A DNA stretch of 64,000 nt from Tilletiaria anomala UBC 951 (lineage: Eukaryota): positions 248,001 to 312,000 of the forward strand of contig NW_013547021.1 of the NCBI RefSeq assembly GCF_000711695.1, written 5' to 3'. Position 1 is the stretch's first letter. The number at the start of each line of letters is the position of its first letter. The notes below the pieces were generated by a model that saw nothing but the letters and a program-made list of their open reading frames with translations, was not told the DNA's origin and did not search any database. This document shows, piece after piece, positions 1 to 12,629 of this stretch. The position numbers were made by a program, and so were the translations under genes.

Positions 1-45
1 AGCTCAGTATAGCTACGGAGCACCTGCGGAAAGTAGACGCTCAGT

Positions 46-2045
46 ATGGTCGTCCTAACGAGTCGTGCGGCGACAGCAGCGGCTGCAGCTGCCGCAGCGG
101 CTTCTAGTTCCGCAGTTGTATCTTCGGCGTCTGCTGCCTCTGTGACCCTTCGGGCAAGCAAGGTCTGTACATTGCCAAATGAGGACCGCGCCCCAAGTGG
201 CTGGCATCCTCGCCAGTACCAGAGACGGCGAAGCTTCCATGTCGGCCGTATCGGTACAGCGCAGCCTTCGTCCTCTCGCCGACCTATGATCGAGCTCTGC
301 TCGTCTTGCAGCAGCAAAGCCGCTGCCTCTAGCGTGCAAAGCAGGCCCTTCTCAAGCTCAGGCGTGGCATGTGCATCATCTAAAGACCTCTATTCGACCC
401 TGGGTGTGAAGAAGGACGCAAGCACTAAAGACATCAAGGGTGCTTATTATCAATTAGCGAAAAAGTTCCACCCTGATACCAACAAAGAGCCGGGCGCAAA
501 AGAACGCTTTGTGGAAATTCAGAATGCGTATGACGTGAGTGCAGAACCCAAGCACCGCGGCATCCCATATTCGATGGCTCATTCTTCTCTTCATTTTTAC
601 TACAACAGGTGCTATCCGACGAAAAGAAGAAAGCAGCGTACGACCAGTACGGCTCGACTGATGGCACTTCCCCTGGGTTCAATCCATTTGGCGGTGGTGC
701 CTCCCCATTTGGAAGTGCGGGTGGATTCGGCGGGTTCAGTCCAGGTGGAGCTGGCGGCTTTGGCGGCTTTTCGTCCGGGGATGCATCGACCATTTTCGAT
801 TCGATCTTTGGCGCATTCGGGGGCGCTCGCACGGGCCCGAGTGGGCGAGGGACTGCTGGGTTCGGCGGTGCAGGATTCTCCGGAGGGGTAGAGCGCGGTG
901 ATGATATTGAGACTACCATCAATATATCTTTTGAGGACGCATGCCGAGGAACTACGCGCAAAGTAACCATCACGCCTGTCGAGCGATGCGGTCCATGCGA
1001 AGGTCAAGGCCTCAAGAAGGGCGCACGGCGAAGTACCTGTGGCATATGCAACGGGACGGGCACACGGACCTTTGTCATCCAATCCGGGTTCCAGATGGCG
1101 AGCACGTGTCCTGCCTGTGGCGGGTCCGGTCACGTGGTGAACCCAGGCGACTCATGCACGGACTGCGACGGCGTAGGTCGCGTGCGGGGTCGGCGGACCG
1201 AGGAGATCCGTATCCCAGCCGGCGTCGACGATGGCACTAAGATCCGCGTCGACGGCCGTGGAGACGTACCGCTGACCGGCGCAGGTATACCAGGAAGTCT
1301 TTACATTCGCGTCAATGTCCAACCGAGCAAGATCTGGCGACGTCAAGGCAGCAACTTGTACTACTCGGCCTCGGTCCCATTCCACACCGCCGTGCTGGGT
1401 GGACGCGTGCGTGTGCCGACGCTCGACGGCGACGTTGAGGTCCGCGTTCCGCAGGGCACACAGGTCGGCGAAGAGATGCTACTCCGTGGGCGTGGCGTTC
1501 CGTTGCTCGGCCGCGCTAGGAACGCTGCGGGGAGTGCCAACGCGAAAGGAGATCTGCTCGTGCAGTTTGACGTCAAGATCCCGCGTAGCTTGACGCCTCG
1601 GCAGAGGGAGATCTTGCAGGAGTACGTGGCAGAGATAGAGGGCCGGTCCAACAGCAAGTCGCCAGCTGCGCCAAGGGCGGGGGTGACCGGAGGCTCGTCG
1701 CCACAATCGAGTGCTTCTGGTGGCAATAGCGGCAATGCAAACAAGAACACCTCAGCCTCACCGTCTCGTTCTTCACCAACGTCGTCGTCAACGTCCTCCA
1801 CCACTTCTGCTTCCTCGGGGGCGAAAGAAGAAGCAAAGGGTGCGTCTCCAGCTCAAACCTCCCCTCAGTCCAGTTCCAGTCAGCATGTAGAAGGAAGGGC
1901 GAGCGCGGAAGGAGCAAGCGTTAGAGATGGTGCTAGGGATAGCGGTGCGGCAGTTGGTGCAGGCGCCGGCACGGACAAGGCTAAAGGGTCGTCCCCTGGG
2001 GCTCTCGGCCGTGCGTGGGACTGGCTCACCGGCAAGAAGGAGTGA
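46..2045 (+). CDS. MDJ1: Mitochondrial DnaJ/Hsp40 co-chaperone (type I)
   Basis: Arg/Ser/Ala-rich presequence-like N-terminus; J domain (DLYSTLGV...YYQLAKKFHPDTNKEPGAKERFVEIQNAYD); intron 535-608 (GTGAGT...CAG) joins to VLSDEKKKAAYDQYG; G/F-rich linker; four CxxCxGxG repeats; DnaJ C-terminal domain. A further exon at 2197-2393 is possible (see findings). Confidence 0.93.
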
Positions 2046-4159
2046 GCGTTATTGGATTAAGCGGACCGATTAGGGGGGGAGAACCGGACCTGATTCCGAA
2101 AGATATAATCGCGTTGGTCAACTATACACCAAGCAATTTGTAGAGTACTGATCATGCACTGGCATATCTCTCTCTCCACTCATTCCATCGCCACAGGTGC
2201 AGGTGCAAATATGGATGCTGGCGAAGGGGCAAAGACAAAGACCGTCACCGAGGCCCGTGACGATGGGAGAGCAGGCAAGAGCGGTACATCGACATCTTCG
2301 CAGGGGAAAGCGCCTGGCGAGAAGAGCGCCAATGATGACGATCGAGCCGCAAGCGCAAGCGAGAAAGACAAGAATGCAGCAAAGGAAGGCTAATATGTGT
2401 GTCATGGGGCGGCCTGCTGGCACCTCGGGTCGCGGAACGGCACTTCTGATCTCCTCCCTTGAGCATTGGCTAATGACGGAAGGAGCGAAAGACTTGCAAG
2501 GGCGCGTACGAGGAAAGCTTGCTAGCAGCTGCGTCTGGCAGCTAGTCTGCTGCGCTTTGCATTCTCATTGTAGAACGTTCCATGTAGATGCATTTTGCCA
2601 CCTCTCTCTGACATTCATCGAAGCTCGAAGCGCGGACATTGCATTTGCTGCGAAGCCCGGGGCGTTCTGTATTCATTCATCGGACAGGCGCCGGGAGCTC
2701 GGAAGACGACCCCTGCCGCCCACCCGCCGGCAGCCTATTCAGCTCGATCGAGCCATCACCCAGGTGCATGTAGCAGTGCGTCACTGGTGAACAGCAGAAT
2801 GCCAATCGAGATGCATTCACACGGTGCACCGTTTCGACTTTCGACGCATGACACTCCAAGGCGATGACCAATTGCCGCCGATTGGGCGTGCACCAGTGCG
2901 AGCTCCGACGGCTTGCTGAGGTAGACTCAACTCAAACTCAACTATCACAAGTGGCGAAGCAAACTAGAGGTCGTCGATGTTCCGAAGCCCGCCTTGAGGC
3001 AGCTTTAATGCCACGTGACCATCCAAGAATCACATTCATTCTGCCGCCGTTCTCCCCGACACCCCAAACAATTCCATGTGCTTGGTTAAATGTATTGAAA
3101 GTCTTCTGTGATCACTCACATTTGTGGTGCGCAAGCATATGAGATAGATGCACCCCCATCTCTGCTGCCACCCTTGTTCGTGGCTCTTGGTCAACGGCAA
3201 CTGTGCAAGAAAAGTCGTCGTCAGTGGCTGACACTTTCCCATGTCCAAACCCATCCATCCATACCCAGCACAGGCCGCAGATGATGGATGACGCGGCTTT
3301 GATTTTACTGCCCACATCCTCCAGTTGAGACTGCCTGGCTGACCCGCGGACTGCTTGAAGACCTCCGAGGCCTCTTTTGAAAAGTACTGGCAGCGCAGCT
3401 TAGCCGCTTGCCGCCCTTCGTCCCATCTATGTTCGGAAACGAAGTTCAATGGCAACAGGACCCGCGGCTATATATGCATGCCGCTGACCGACCAACTACA
3501 TATCTTCATCTCGGCAAGGGTTATACAGACCGCAGCGCTCACCCGGTAAAGCAATCCCGGATGGCATTTCAAGGGGAGCCGCTGCTGTGCTGTATGCTGT
3601 GCCAGCTGCTCCAGCCACTCATCTACTTATCGACTGACACGAGGCAAGTGGCAGGAAGCGATGCTCGACTTGTGTCTCCCTACATACATATATCGAGGGC
3701 CGTGCATGCATCCGTCCATCGCAGTGTAGTGTGCCAAACGCCAACTGCAATTGCAGGCAAGCTTGCCTGGATCCAAGCTCAACTTCAATGAGTACCCGAG
3801 GTCGCTGTTGTAGTTTGAACAGGCACTGAGTCAATGACCGCAGAGATCGCATCATACACCGGACATTCATGCATAGCTCAGCTGCCATTCACAGCTATTA
3901 GCCATTCATCAAGCTGCGTTCCTCTGACGCTTGTGCGTTGGTAGTCGCTGGCTAATCGTGTGGTGACAAAATGGAAGCTGTCAAGCCAAGGCTTGTTTGC
4001 CGGCCATGGCCAAGCAAAGCGTAGGAAAACCTGGCCAGGCAGGACTAAGGCCAGTCTCCCGGCCTGACGTCCGACACCTTGCTTTGGTCAGACAATCACA
4101 ATGAAAAATAACTGTTGTTTGCTTCTTTCGGTTGAGCGACCGAAAGGCCAACAGGATGA

Positions 4160-4169
4160 ATATATATAT
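4160..4169 (+). promoter_or_regulatory. TATA-like element upstream of GPI protein paralog 1
   Basis: ATATATATAT run about 150-160 nt upstream of the ATG at 4322, in otherwise GC-rich DNA. Confidence 0.35.
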
Positions 4170-4321
4170 CCAGGCGGGATCGCGTCACGCTGTGGACGCA
4201 TTCTCTCCCTCTCCGTAGTCTAGCTTCCTGCTGACCTGCTGCTTATCGCGTCCACTACGCCCACTGCTCCGTGTCCTTGAGCCGAACGAAAGTCTCGCCA
4301 GAACACAAGGCGGAGCATAAG

Positions 4322-5062
4322 ATGCGCTATCTTGCAGCGCTCGCGCTCTCGAGCCTAGGAGCCTTGCCAATCCTGGCACAATCGGCGCTGACAGTGAACA
4401 CACCGAGCAACTTGATTGTCTGCATCCCGAGTCTCATCCAGTGGTCCGGCGGCACAGGGCCGTACTATCTGACGGCGAACGCCGGCGGTTCGTCATCGGA
4501 CGTGCTCGCGACGTTTGTCAACGGCGAGAACGTCACGTCATACACTTGGACCGTCGACCTGGCCGCCGGCACCGCGGTCACGATGGGCATTCGCGATGCG
4601 ACGGGCGCGACGAACTTCGCGCAGCAGGTCACCGTGCAGGCCGGCAGTTCGACGACCTGCCTGAACAGCAGCGGCAGTGGCTCTACTTCCGATTCTTCCT
4701 CCTCCACGCTTTCTTCTTTGGCAAGGGAGTCGCTGGGAACGGAGAGCGGCGCGTTGGCTTCGACCAGCAACAGCAGCAGGACCAGCGCTAGAAGCACGAG
4801 CACGAGGGCAACAAGCGCTGCCTCCAGCGCCACTCAGGCCACTTCCTCTGTTGCTGCCAATACGTTCGTGAGGTGAGCAGTGCAAGCTTGAAAAAGTGAT
4901 GGTGATGCTTGCTCGCTGCAATTTTGACATATTCCATCTGCCCCTCATGCATTTACGACAAATAGCAACGAGGCTGCCGGTGCTCTCTTTGGAAAGAGCA
5001 CACGCATTTCCGTCGCCATGGTTGCGCTCGTCGTCCTCGTCGTACCCGCCGCACTGGTCTGA
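4322..5062 (+). CDS. Secreted Ser/Thr-rich GPI-anchored cell-wall protein (paralog 1)
   Basis: Signal peptide MRYLAALALSSLGALPILAQ; small two-Cys domain (LTVNTPSNLIVCIPSLIQWSGGTGPYYL...YTWTVDLAAGT...VTVQAGSSTTC); Ser/Thr tract; intron 4873-4965 (GTGAGC...TAG); last exon SNEAAGALFGKSTRISVAMVALVVLVVPAALV* resembles a GPI signal. Confidence 0.85.
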
Positions 5063-6256
5063 ACGCGGGTCACCGCAGTTCTCACAGACACTTACACACT
5101 GACGCTGCCCGCCACCCTTGCTTTCATCGCCGTCGTCGTTGCCTTCATGTGCACTTGCCCCTGTACGACGCTACACCGAGCACCGTACCCAATATCCGGA
5201 AATGGATACCCGCATCCTGTGCATGCGCAATTTGAATGCATTTCCGCTGACGTCCACATCCACTTTGGCCTCCTCCTTTTCTGTGTGTCACGGCATGCTC
5301 CCATGCCTGGCTCTTTCCCTTCCCTTCCCTTACCTGGCTGGGGGCGTTTTCGTCTAGCACGCGCTGAACTGCTCGCAGGTCTTGGGAAAGCCCCTGAACG
5401 GAGAGCACAGACTGTGCTGACACCGCTGGCTTGCGACCGTTAGCTGTGGAGGTCCTACAGCTCCCAGGAATATTCGCTGGGTTGGACGGTTGGCCGTGTT
5501 AACCCATCCCGCTGAGGACAGCAGAGAGTTTTCTGCTCTGTCTCGGCCGTTCGCTTCCAGCCAGACGCAGGTTTGTGCAGCATCTATCCGGGTAGACAGT
5601 GGTCGAACGCCAATCAATTCTGTGTAAACTCAGGCATTGCAAGACTGGAATCTGGGGTGGCGGCTCTGCGTATTGCGCTTGCGGTAGGTCTGGGCACAGT
5701 CTCGTCACGGTGTCCGCGCTCCCCGGCCCGAGGACAGCAGCAGCAGCAGCACAGCATTGGGACACGGCACGGGCCTAGCGGATGCTCGGTCACACTGCCC
5801 CACTGCCTCTTGGCACATTTTCGGCAGCTCCACAGGATGTTTCCTGGCTGACGTTCTTCTGGCTTCTTTTCCCCGATTCCACGAGATTCCACATGATCCG
5901 CCGGGCTCTGCTCTGGTGCGAACGCACGCGACCTGTTTGCCTGCCCTGTCTGAGCCTTGCCCATTGGACTCCAAGTGAGTGAGCGTGTGCCTCTGTGCAC
6001 GGCGCTCCCATCGCTCGCACCGGTGCAGATCAGCCACCCTGCTCACTCGCAGTAGAGCGACAGCAGCATCCGCCAGCGCGTTCCTCCTCTCCCCCTTTCC
6101 TTGTTCTGCCTGGATCCCAAGCATATTACAACACCCCTTCGCCCTTCCTCACTTCCTCCCTCCATCCATCTCTACCACCCGCATTCATTCCCTGCCTGGC
6201 CCACCTTTCATCCCATTTGTCAACTTCCGCAAAAAGAAGAAAAAGCTCAAGTCACG

Positions 6257-7398
6257 ATGCGCTTCACTGTCACCGCCGCCACGTTCGCCTTGCTTGCCGC
6301 ATACGCCGCCGCTCAGTCCGGCCTGACGATCAACACACCCAGCAGCCTAATGTGAGCCGAAGCGCAGGCAGTAGGAGCAGGAGCAAGAGGGGCATATCGC
6401 TTACACTGCTTCCTCCCTCTATCTGATATCATCCGCTCTCGCCCAGCGTTTGCGTCCCCTCGCTGATCCAGTGGAACGGGGGCCAGGGTCCGTACTTCCT
6501 CACCGTCAACCAGGGTGGCAGCCAGTCTGTCATCCTCGAGACGCTAGTCAACGGCCAGAACCAGACGTCGTACACATGGAACGTCAACCTTTCCGCCGGC
6601 ACATCTGTCACGCTCGCCATCCGCGACTCGACGGGCGCGACGAACTTTGCCCAGGCGGTCACCATCCAGGCCGGCAGCTCTACATCATGCATGAGCAGCT
6701 CCGCGTCTAGCTCGTCTTCGCACTCCTCAACGTCGTCGTCTGCGCCGGCGACCACCAGCTCGACGACCGCGTCTTCGTCGACTACCATCTCGTCCACCAC
6801 CAGCTCCACCAGCTCCACCAGCTCTACCCCTTCAGCTACTTCATCGGCTCCCAGTGTGTGAGTGTGAGGGCGCGTCCTTGTCTCTCTTCGAGCGTGCTTG
6901 CCTTCTGTGGCTTTTCTGAAGGGACGGAGGGGAATTGGCGGGCTGGGATACGGGACACAATCGAGTAGACGCGGTCTGGCGGTCTGCTCGAGCCTGCAAA
7001 GATGGCAAATTTAATATACGCCGATTGCTCTTGCAACATGACTTCAACATCTAACTGAGCACTCCCATGAAAAGTTGAAGACGGACAGCGGGAAGCGGTC
7101 AAGGTGGAAGGGGTGTGGTACGTGGTATAATTGGAAAATTTGAGACGACAGCCAAGCGAGGAAGAAGCTCCCAAGACTCGCATTGGCGCATGTCACTCGC
7201 GCGCGGGGGGGGGGGTTGAAGCGCAGCCGGCGCTTGCACATTTACACTTGCAGCTAGAAACTGACATATGGTTTCTTGCCGGCATCCTTTTCCCTCGCCT
7301 TGCTACACGCCCCGCTCAGCACTAACGCCGCCACTGCCAACGTCGCCAACGCTGTCGGCGCCTTGGCCGTCGCTGCTGTCGCTGTTGCTCTTATCTAA
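6257..7398 (+). CDS. Secreted Ser/Thr-rich GPI-anchored cell-wall protein (paralog 2)
   Basis: Signal peptide MRFTVTAATFALLAAYAAAQ; introns 6352-6446 and 6858-7319; domain clearly homologous to paralog 1 (LTINTPSSLIVCVPSLIQWNGGQGPYFLTVN...YTWNVNLSAGTSVTLAIRDSTGATNFAQAVTIQAGSSTSC); last exon VTNAATANVANAVGALAVAAVAVALI* resembles a GPI signal. Confidence 0.85.
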
Positions 7399-8692
7399 GC
7401 ACATGCCCTCGGCTACGGACAGAGCCATGGCCAGCAGTCAAATCGATTGAATCATCCCATTTACATCGGCCTGGCACACAGCACTTCCGGGATGAGGATG
7501 AGGATGCTCATGTGAACGGCGTGGGGGTACGGTTGCGCTACGGACAATGATTCGCTATGCAAGAGCGAGCAAGCTCCTTTCTGCCTCGCCTGCACATCAA
7601 CCCATGATGGCCAATCAGCACCTTGGCTTTTCGCTTCGTTTGGTTTTCTTTGGCTCACTCTTTCTGCACCCTCCACTTCGTCGTTTCATTTTACATTAGC
7701 CCTGTCTACTCTCTTCCGATTTCATCTTCCATCGCGAAAGAAAGAAACGAAACAAGCGCATACACCCCCACCCCGTCATTGCTGGTCGATCAAACTATGT
7801 TTTCGTTCTTCTCCCAATTTGATTACTATTATCCATTGATCACACCTCCCAGCCTACGCTGCACGACCTTGTCCGTGTGTTCACAATGCACCTTCTTTAA
7901 CTCTTTCCGCCCTCGTGTGTAGCTCTTTCGGCTACCGCCGGCGCTCATCTGTCAGGGCCACGCGATCGATCATCGTTCGTTCGTTCATTCGTTAACACCG
8001 CATGACCACACCGTCCGCAGCAAGGCTACGTTGTCGCAGACGCGGGGTGCCACCGACGCAACGACGCGCATGGAACACGCGTGGAATATGAGTCTCTCGC
8101 GAATCGATTCCCATTGAGTGTCTGTGTTTTTTTTTGCCCCACAGGTGTGGCTACATGCGCACGATGCAGAACAGAATCGCCGACTGAGCGGCAGCGGAGA
8201 GTTATATAGAGAGCGGGGAAAGATAGGTGTGGAGTGGTGCGAGGGTCGAAGGCGAGAGCCTGGAGCGAAGAGCGAAGAGCGAAAAGCAATGGAAGAAGGG
8301 GAGGGGATGTTGCAGCTGCTGATGTGGATAGTGTTGCAAAGCCAGCCAGCTCACGCAGCGCTCGTTGGCGTTTCATCCTCGCTGCCAAGCCCGGTAGCTT
8401 ATGTCAACTAGGGTCCTTCTTCACCCGTGGAAGATGTTTTGTTGGCATTCCATTATGCAATCCTTTTGTGGCATGCAGGGCCAATCGGGAAAAGGGCCGG
8501 ATGGAAAATGATACGCAGTGATGTTGATGAGTAGGTAGTGTTCATCCGCGTGGGTCATGTTCTCCTCCTTTTCTTGCTTTTTTCTTGTCTCAGCCACAGG
8601 CTGGCAGATAGCATGCTGTCCGGCCGCCAGCTTTAACACCGACGAGGATCAAACTGTCAAATTGTTCTGCCCCGCGTAGCTCAAGCGCCGAA

Positions 8693-11689
8693 TCACCCAT
8701 CGACAATGTCAGACTTGCGGATCGCTCTGTCTGGCTCTTCATTCTTGAGCGCCTGGCCCTGCTCGCGGATATCCTGGATGCTCTCGTCTCGTAAGATTCC
8801 AAGTCCGGACTCTTCCTTTGCAAGCTCTGCAACGTTGAAGGGAGCGGTTCACGGTACCGTGTCATTCAGTTTCGCTTGCTCTCTTTCGCATGCCGAGCGC
8901 GGCGAGACGACTCACCAAGGACGTCCTCCAGCGGCACGAGCCCGTCATTGTCCACATCGAGCTTGTCGACGATCTTCTCAAGCACCTCCTCATCGGGGCG
9001 ATGCTTGATGAGGCGGAGAGCGCTTTCGAGGTCGTCGACGCTGATCTTGCCTGTGGGGCTCGCTTTGATGATGTGCATCCTACTGCCGACATCGCGGTCG
9101 TACGCCTCGAGCTGCTCGTCGATCTTCTGTAGCATCTTCGTCACACGCTTGACGAGCGAGCGCGTGGCGGAAGACTGCTGTGAGAGCGCACGAGCAGCGC
9201 TTTGCTTGGCCTTCTCGCTCTCTGCTTCCACGGCCTTCTCCGCCTCGGATGCGCCTTGTCCGTCACCCGAGGCTGGAAAAAAAGCTGCCGCCTCCTTACT
9301 TGCATCCCCGCGCTTGGTGTTGACACTGTCAGAAGCAAGAGCAGCAGCGTCGGCGAGGCTAGCATCCGCCTCGAGCTGCTCGACCTCGCTGACTTCCTTC
9401 ATGAGCTCGTTGAGCTCCTCGCGCTCGCGCAGGACGCTGCTTTTGGCGCTCAACAACGCGAGCGCCTCACCGAGCTCGGAAAGCTGCTCGTGCGTCATAC
9501 GCGCGTCCACTTCCTCCTCTTCCGAGGCCGCTGCTGGCTTCATCGACGAACCGTTGCTGCTCGCCAGTTTGTCCGTGTACCCGGCGGTGGAGACAGAAGA
9601 TGCGGGCGAGGTTGCAGCAGCGGCGCCTTCGCCTGTGCCCGTGCCAGAAGCCGAGCCTGCAGCGATGGAGCGCGTGTGCAGCTCTCCTGGCGGCAACAGA
9701 GCGCGCGCGGCCTCCTCTTCTTCTTCCTCCCTCTGCGCACGTGCCTTCTTCTCGGCGGCGGCAGCGGCGCGCTTGCGCTCGCGGTCCTTCTCGCGTGCCT
9801 CCTTCTCTTCTTGCTCCTGCTCTGCCTCATCCTCGATGAGCTCCTCTTGCTCCTGGAGGACCTCAAGGCGCTGCTTGTTGGTCGCACTATCACTGTGCAC
9901 GTTGAGCTCGGCTTCGTTGAGCAGGTTCGCCGGTAGGCTCGACAGCGTCAGCTCGAGCGCCCTCAGTTGCGGCGTCGCGCCCGCAGCATCGGCGCTCCCC
10001 TGCGCGACAAAGTTGAACGCCTTGCTAAGGATGAGCAACGTGCCGCTGATGCGCTGGTGCAAGTGCAGATCGATCCACTGCGACAGCTCCGAGCCCAGGC
10101 GCGCGTCCGTCAGGTTCGCCGTGACGATCCCGCGATCTTGGCACGCCTTCTGCAGCTCGTGATGCGACATGTTGTCCAAGCCCTCGGACGCGATGACCAT
10201 GTCGTCCTGCCGCAGGCGCGAGAGGCGGTTGCGGATCTGATAGCGCAGATAGTTGTCCGTCCCGAACGCGTTGACCTGCATGTAGCGGCAGATCGAGACG
10301 AGCTGCGGACGCGAGAGGTTATCGAGCGTCAAGTCGTCATCGAAGAGCCGCGCGACTTTCAACACGTCTTCGCTGGAAGGCGATTCGCCCGTCGAGCGGA
10401 CCTGACATCCGAAGATAACAGAGAGCAGCGTCAGGCTCAGCATTCGAAATCTCTGATAGTTGCGAGGGTAAGCTCACCTTTCTGAAGAACTCCTTGAACT
10501 CATCCTTGCTCTGCAGACGCTCGCTGGCCTGCAAGCCGCCGTCCTTGATGGTCTCCTGGAGGAACTTGGCCATCTCGAGGCGCACCTTGATGAGTCCGCG
10601 GCGCTTCTCCTCCTCAGCAAACTTGCTCTCGAACGTGCTGGGAAGCATGTTGGGGAACACCTTGATCGCGACGGGGAGTAGTAGTTCGGCAAAGGGGATG
10701 ATGACGAACGGAACGAACGGGATCAGGCGCAGGATATCCGCCGTGGTGCGCTTGAGCTGCCGACGCTCGCGGCGTGTCAGGCTGTAGCCGAGCATGACGC
10801 GCCGGACGAGTCGCGCGGAAATTGACATCTCCTTGCCGAGCAGCTTGGTGCCGTGCCAGTAGTGCTGTGCCTCATGCTTGATGACGCTCCAAACGCGCCT
10901 GAGCAGCGGGCCTTTCGGCTTGGCCTTCTCGTCGTCGGCTTCGGCGACGTCCGTTTCCTTAGAGGACACTTTGGCCACCGACTTGGACAACTGCGTCGTA
11001 GCGAACGCAGCGGCCGCAGAAGAAGATGCTGCTTTGTCTGCTACCGTCGAAGTGCCCGCAGAGGCGGAAGCGATGGGCATGCTCTTCGACACAGTCTCAA
11101 CGGGCTGCCAGCCCTGTCGCTGCTCTGCAGCTGCCGCTTGCTGTGCTGCTGTGGAGGATGATACCGACGACGAAGCAGCCTCTTCCTGCACGGGGGGCCA
11201 TCTTGTCAGGGCACCCGAGCTTCGAGAGGACGACGACAATGGCGGCGGTCGAGGCGGCGGCGATGCGTCTGCTGATCGGTGTGGTTCGGTGTGTTGCGCC
11301 CGCTTGCCGGCGCCGAGGCCCTGGTGGAGATGTGAGATAGCTGCGCTCGCGGAGAGCGCAGGTCGTCGCGCGAGGGAGAAGGAGCGGACGGAGACTGGTC
11401 GTGGCTGGCGTCGCTGGTTGCGCAGCGCCGCGGACCTCGCTGTTGTGGTCCCTGATGGTGATGCCGACGCTTGCGCTGCGGCGAAGCTGAGCGCGCCCAC
11501 TTGCAGCGCAGTCGAAAGGGCTCTGTGCGTCATTCGCGTCGACCAGTGAGCGGCCGCTGTGGAAGGCCCGCTGACCATGCTTCGCCTGATCATGGCTCCA
11601 GCGCCAGGTGACGCTCCGGCGCCGAGCAGGCGGAGAACGGTGATGTTGCGTACGCTGCCGTGCGGTCCGGCGGAGTGGCGACTCGCCAT
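8693..11689 (-). CDS. MDM38: LETM1/Mdm38 mitochondrial inner-membrane cation/H+ exchanger and ribosome-binding protein
   Basis: LETM1 motifs EAQHYWHGTKLLG, LTRRERRQLKRTTADILRLIPF, ELLLPVAIKVFPNMLPSTFES, DDLTLDNLSRPQLVSICRYM, ACQDRGI; introns 10402-10477 and 8827-8915; C-terminal EF-hand-like LDVDNDGLVPLEDVL; stop TGA at 8693-8695. Confidence 0.92.
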
Positions 11690-12629
11690 GATTCTAGGTT
11701 CCGTCGCTGTCACTGCCCAAGAAGAGTCCAAGATAGAGGTGACGAGCACACGATTATATTGAATCGATGGACAGGTTGCTTGATGTTTGGTGGATGGGTC
11801 TCGTCCCTGTGAGCAGTTGTTGCTTGATCCGACACTTGGCCTCGCACGTGCCTCGCTTGCTTGTTCGCCTTGCCTCTCTCCGGTCCCCGGTCTCCCTCCT
11901 TGACTCTATCCCAAGCGGGAACTCTGCTGGTCGTGGTCGCAGGGCGCAACGAAGGCTCACTGGCTGGCACGGCGTCAGGGACAAGTCGGAAGGGGGGCGC
12001 GAGCGACAGTCGGCGATGCATTTGCTTGTTTGATGACGGCAGCGTTGTTGTCCTGTGTCCCGTTGGTCGGTCGCATCCTTCCTTCGCAGGTCCCAACTCA
12101 CAGTGCCTGGCAATGCCGCTTTCTCTCCATGCAAGTCACCGCCCGCCTCCTTCTTCTCTTCACACGCCGAGAGCCACCGCACTGGCCACCCACCCCCGAT
12201 CACAGCTCATCACAAACACCCAGCGACCCATTTCATTTCGGGGGCACTCTCCCCTCACTCGCTCGGCTGGCTTCTCAGTTCCGCTTCCGCTCGTTCCGCC
12301 TGGGTGTGCTTGGGTTTACACAGTACGCGTGCCATGTTGCACTTGCACCGAATGTCTCCCACGCCTCCAGAGTCGGCGTCGGCTATCACGCCGAATTGAC
12401 CGTGCACAGTTGGAGAAGCGTGTCATGCATCATCAAGCTGGAGATATGGGAGGAACCCGCTTGGGAAAGGGGTTGGGGTATGGCATGTCCTCCGTAGCGC
12501 TGCAGCAGAGAGCATCGCAGTGGCGGGATTTCCCAGGTGAAGTGATTCTCAGGCCCCAGCACCCTGTCAGTCTCTAGAGGGCACAATCATAGCCTGGTCA
12601 CCGACATGGATGAATTAAATATCTGCACC

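Noticed and set aside
8876..10162. 428-aa plus-strand ORF
   Set aside because: Antisense shadow of MDM38 caused by GC-rich codon usage; no motifs.
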